Positions 60,524 to 64,000 of a stretch of DNA of 64,000 nt are shown here, one piece after another. The notes under the pieces are model-generated. The model did no database searches, was not told the origin of the DNA, and was given only the letters and a program-made list of their open reading frames with translations. The position numbers were made by a program, and so were the translations under genes. Positions within the stretch are counted from its first letter, which is position 1; each line of letters begins with the position of its first letter. Origin of the DNA: Bacillota bacterium (GTDB taxonomy: Bacteria > Bacillota > Ch66 > Ch109); contig JBMNLH010000008.1 of assembly GCA_050952625.1 (NCBI GenBank), positions 1-64,000 on the forward strand, read 5' to 3'.

Positions 60524-61417
60524 TTAACGCCCGGCAACATCTGCTGCTTCAACCTGACTCCAGATTAAGCCGTGCAGCAGATCGTGTTCACTGACAATTA
60601 TTTTAGTTTGACCGATACTGTCCATTAGTTCTAGCAAAAGAGCGGTGCCGGCTAAAATGATATCCGCCCGTTCAGGCTGCAGGCCAGGTACTTGACGCCT
60701 TCCCTCTAGCGACAGGCCCGCGAGAAACTGATAGATCTTGCGCACTGCCTCTTGTTGCAGGACAAAGCCATGCACCAACTCAGGCTGGTAGACAGTTAAA
60801 CCTTGTTTAATGGCCGCCAGAGTAGTGATGGTCCCACCTACTCCGACTAAAGAAGAGTCTAGGCGACCCTGTAACCTTTCAATAACCTCAGACCAGGTTT
60901 GCTTTACTTCTGGCGGTATTTGAGGACTTTCAGTTAACCGCACCGCGCCAACTGGCAGACTATAGACTGCTAAAGCACCTGATTCATCCCAAATAAATTC
61001 AGTACTCCCCCCGCCAATATCCAATACAGTGGGGTCTAATAGACCGGGGAGACCGCGAGTTGCCCCGTTAAAACTCAATCGAGCTTCTTCTTCACCAGTA
61101 ATCACGTCTATTTTTAAACCAAACTGCGCGGCACCCCTTAAGAGCTCCTCCGGGTTAAGCGATTCTCGCACCGCACTAGTAGCAACGGCCCGAAAACCAT
61201 CAACCCCAATTCGCTTTAGCTCCTCACAGTAATCCCGGAGTACCTGAAGGGTTCGCTCAATAGCTTCCGGACAAAGGCAACGGGAACTACCCATTCCTTG
61301 CCCGATCCGAGTCGTATGCAGACGAACCCCCAGCGTACGCAACTGATTATGCTGCACTTCAGCAATCAGTAATCGAGTAGAATTGGTACCAACATCGATT
61401 GCCCCAAAAATCTTCAT
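60524..61417 (-). CDS. ppx: Ppx/GppA exopolyphosphatase family
   Basis: IDVGTNS, ATSAVR, GEEEARL, DIGGGSTE, GLQPERADI. Confidence 0.9.
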   Translation of the reverse strand: MKIFGAIDVGTNSTRLLIAEVQHNQLRTLGVRLHTTRIGQGMGSSRCLCPEAIERTLQVLRDYCEELKRIGVDGFRAVATSAVRESLNPEELLRGAAQFGLKIDVITGEEEARLSFNGATRGLPGLLDPTVLDIGGGSTEFIWDESGALAVYSLPVGAVRLTESPQIPPEVKQTWSEVIERLQGRLDSSLVGVGGTITTLAAIKQGLTVYQPELVHGFVLQQEAVRKIYQFLAGLSLEGRRQVPGLQPERADIILAGTALLLELMDSIGQTKIIVSEHDLLHGLIWSQVEAADVAGR

Positions 61418-61609
61418 AAGCTATGACCGGTCCTTTATTTCTATCTCCTAGACTGCTTTGAAAATGAGGATGCTGGTGTTTTTCAATCGGTCAGCCGGTT
61501 ACTGGGAATAAAAAGTTACTGGGAACAAAATATAAAAAGGTTAAAGCAAAAAGTCCACTTCCAAATTATCGGAACCGGACTAATAAAACGTTCCTCCAGC
61601 CGACTCAAA

Positions 61610-62014
61610 CTAAAAACCTCTAGCTCCTCGGCCACCTCGTTTAGAATCAATATTTCTTTTTAGGGATGATTGCCGTTCGTCGCTTTCCTTCATAAACTTG
61701 AGCAACTTATCTTCAAACGACTCTTGAAAGGCCCGTGAACCTCGTTCCCGTGGCCCTCGATCCCGAGTACCCCCGGCCGGTGCTGTAACCTGTCGGATAG
61801 ATAACCCAACCTTACCCCGAGGGTCTACATTAATAATCTTAACTTTAATCCGATCATTTTGTTTGAGGTAATCGTTGACATCCCTAACGTAAGTATCGGC
61901 AACTTCCGAAATGTGCACTAGTCCAACCTGACCGTCGGGCAGTGTCACAAAAGCCCCAAAGTTCGTGATGCCTGTAACCACGCCCTCAACAATACTGCCC
62001 ACCATGATGGCCAT
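61610..62014 (-). CDS. yabR: S1 RNA-binding protein YabR
   Basis: GITNFGAFV, GLVHISEV, FEDKL.KF; synteny with divIC. Confidence 0.88.
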   Translation of the reverse strand: MAIMVGSIVEGVVTGITNFGAFVTLPDGQVGLVHISEVADTYVRDVNDYLKQNDRIKVKIINVDPRGKVGLSIRQVTAPAGGTRDRGPRERGSRAFQESFEDKLLKFMKESDERQSSLKRNIDSKRGGRGARGF

Positions 62015-62111
62015 AAACTAGAGATGCCCTCCTAAGCTAAGCACTTTGCATTTTTATTCTACTCAATCCGTTGAATTTGTCAAGATATAGCCCGCTCATT
62101 TTGCAAATTTG

Positions 62112-62250
62112 TTTATCCAGGTTCATAAGACCCTCACTTCGATAAGCCGAGGTTACCTTTATTTATACTTATTTATACTTATTTAAACTTCAGGTGGAGC
62201 AGAGTCACCGCGTGAGGTCCCGAGATACAACGAAGCTGGACGAGTTCACT
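62112..62250 (+). repeat. Dispersed ~120-bp repeat, copy 4 (internal ATTTATACTT duplication)
   Basis: Aligns with 21358-21474. Confidence 0.8.
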
Positions 62251-62291
62251 TTAGATGAACATTCTAGCTTTAAACCTCAAGCCTGGAACAG

Positions 62292-62672
62292 TCAGGGTTG
62301 CACCTTGATCAAAACCTGTTCCCCGGGTTTTATCAAACCCAGTTCCTCTCGGGCCAGCCTCTCTACCGCGGCTTCGGTCCCTAACCAGTTTATCTGGTCC
62401 TGTAATTCTTGATTCTGGCTTTCCAATGTTTGTTTTCTTTCTTCCAGCCCGGCAATTCTTCCTTTAAGATCCTGGATGTTTTGGTAATGAGGCAGCCACC
62501 AATTAACGACCAAAAAACCAAAACCAATCAGAGCTGCCAATCCCCATTTCAGTTTAGGTGAAAATTTCCTTTGACTCCGAGTGCCTCTTCGTCCTTTTTG
62601 TCGCCGGGCCGTTAAACTCCGCCGCCGCCTAACCCGACTGGGGGACTGGTTTTCCCATAAACCGCTACTCAA
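62292..62672 (-). CDS. divIC: Septum formation initiator DivIC/FtsB
   Basis: Basic N-terminus, TM, coiled coil, ERLAREELGLIKPGE; TTG start after GGAGG. Confidence 0.88.
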   Translation of the reverse strand: MSSGLWENQSPSRVRRRRSLTARRQKGRRGTRSQRKFSPKLKWGLAALIGFGFLVVNWWLPHYQNIQDLKGRIAGLEERKQTLESQNQELQDQINWLGTEAAVERLAREELGLIKPGEQVLIKVQP

Positions 62673-62898
62673 TATCCCCATCCTCCCGTTCGCCAAAGAT
62701 GCCCAGATTATCACCGGGTAAAACTATCACTACCTCATAACCTTTACCCCGGGCCCGGTTGAACAAGGTAGCCACTGTACCGGCACTTATCCCCAGGACC
62801 CGGGCGACTGCTTCATTGGAACGGCCCATTTCCTTAAGGGCTACTACTTGCCGCTCCCGGAAGCTGAGTTTTTCTACTCCCCGAATCTCAATTTTCAC
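62665..62898 (-). CDS. Small sigma-70 region 4/LuxR-like HTH protein
   Basis: LSFRERQVVAL..G.SNEAVARVLGISAGTV. Confidence 0.8.
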   Translation of the reverse strand: MKIEIRGVEKLSFRERQVVALKEMGRSNEAVARVLGISAGTVATLFNRARGKGYEVVIVLPGDNLGIFGEREDGDIE

Positions 62899-62933
62899 TA
62901 TCTTTACCGCCCTTCATCGGCAAAGGCGTTGGT

Positions 62934-62987
62934 TTATCCACAGATATATCCACAACCTGTGTACAGTTTATATACAACTTTTATACA
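62934..62987 (+). promoter_or_regulatory. DnaA-box cluster
   Basis: Perfect TTATCCACA (62934) plus one-mismatch ATATCCACA, TTATATACA, TTTTATACA. Confidence 0.65.
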
Positions 62988-63055
62988 AATTTCTTAAAAT
63001 CCCGAGTGCCAATGTTATTCTACATTTCATAAAATAATCCTGCTAGGACCGCAAA

Positions 63056-63562
63056 TTATTTTTTATAAGGTATTAATTTTTTAACTACTCGCCGGCAACA
63101 TTGGGCTGCTCGCCTTACCGGTGTTAATAGTATCCTGAAGCCATTGCTAAACCGTCCTACTGGGATAATCATTAATCGGGCTAACCAAGCCAAACGGCGA
63201 ATTGGCCAGCCAACTATTCGACCGATGAAACGTAAAACTCGACCAACCAGGCGGAGAACCCGGTTCAACAGCCGAATGAACAGCCGACTAAACCACTTAA
63301 AGTATATGACTAGGCCTAAGGCAAGACCTAGAAAAACATAAGCCCGAACTTCTCCCCAATTTCCCAGAAAGAGAATTGCAAAGACAACTGCGGTTAATAC
63401 CAGCCAAAATAACAAATCACCCACCTGGATCACCAGGCGGGGAGGATGAAGCAACCGATTGAGCACTCGATAAAAATCAAAGAAAACCCCCATTAATATT
63501 CCTAGGGCAATCGTTAATCCAAAGGCTAAAAACTGTTGACTCAGCTCAGTCATATCCGCCAC
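63056..63562 (-). CDS. yabQ: Spore cortex protein YabQ
   Basis: FDFYR, DLLFW, NWGEVR.Y; synteny. Confidence 0.9.
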   Translation of the reverse strand: MADMTELSQQFLAFGLTIALGILMGVFFDFYRVLNRLLHPPRLVIQVGDLLFWLVLTAVVFAILFLGNWGEVRAYVFLGLALGLVIYFKWFSRLFIRLLNRVLRLVGRVLRFIGRIVGWPIRRLAWLARLMIIPVGRFSNGFRILLTPVRRAAQCCRRVVKKLIPYKK

Positions 63563-63835
63563 CTACCTGAGCAGTCGTTCGACAAAATTGCGGCTGCGGC
63601 CACCTCTACCCCCGCGATCATCTCGGTACTCAAGGGCATTGATCAATCCATCGACCGTCAATTTTCCGTCAGTCAGGTCAAGTTGAGTAATATGCATTCC
63701 CTGACCTTTTAGGATCAGAGAGCCGAGTTTAGTATCCACCCAGATTTCCTTCTCATCAAAACTTTCTACACTTATAACTCCATTCAGGCTCATCTGCTGC
63801 CGATTGCGCAGAGAAAGTCCATGCTCTTCAGTCAT
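63563..63835 (-). CDS. yabP: Sporulation protein YabP
   Basis: NR..M.L.GV..VESFDE..T.LG.L..G..MHI..L. Confidence 0.92.
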   Translation of the reverse strand: MTEEHGLSLRNRQQMSLNGVISVESFDEKEIWVDTKLGSLILKGQGMHITQLDLTDGKLTVDGLINALEYRDDRGGRGGRSRNFVERLLR

Positions 63836-64000
63836 CGATTTCGCCTCCTTGGTCCCCAGTTTTTTGTCTTGTTTCCATGTTTATGCCAAGATGGGCCAAC
63901 CTATAACCGAAGGATCGGACTTTTTGATCTGAATCAAAAGACCCCCTATTCACCTATCCTTCTAGCTCCCGATATAGCTCTCGGGCTTGATCCGCCCGAA

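Noticed and set aside
61418-61609. tRNA genes expected near yabR from Bacillus synteny
   Set aside because: No cloverleaf or T-loop motif recognised here or elsewhere in the window

Overview
Chromosomal window from a spore-forming anaerobic Firmicute (Clostridia; yabP/yabQ, SLH protein), probably with a syntroph-like H2/formate metabolism. 1-8970 is the replication/immunity module of a prophage remnant (primase-helicase, antirepressor, family-A DNA polymerase, SSB, Cas4-like nuclease, ImmA/ImmR-like pair). 8971-20778 is an IS pile-up (IS66, two IS256, an IS3 nested in one IS256, IS1634) with a PD-(D/E)XK-like gene and an orphan MazF/PemK. 21-42 kb holds envelope proteins, a NifX/DUF134/MinD-ferredoxin metal-cluster operon with a duplicated operator-promoter, a truncated Mo/W transporter next to IS1380, a decaying bioY-ECF operon and an ars operon. 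42-60 kb holds a selenocysteine formate dehydrogenase with NuoEF-like partners and a formate channel, plus a membrane-bound group 1 [NiFe]-hydrogenase with hypABCDEF. 60-64 kb is core ppx-yabR-divIC-yabQ-yabP. Most notable: (i) a P3-less Moco/Tuco-type riboswitch with a terminator placed in front of hypA; (ii) a covarying ~125-nt TTGACA-containing hairpin shared by three IS elements of two unrelated families; (iii) candidate operators for the uncharacterised DUF134 regulator. All family assignments were made by eye from motifs, with no database search.
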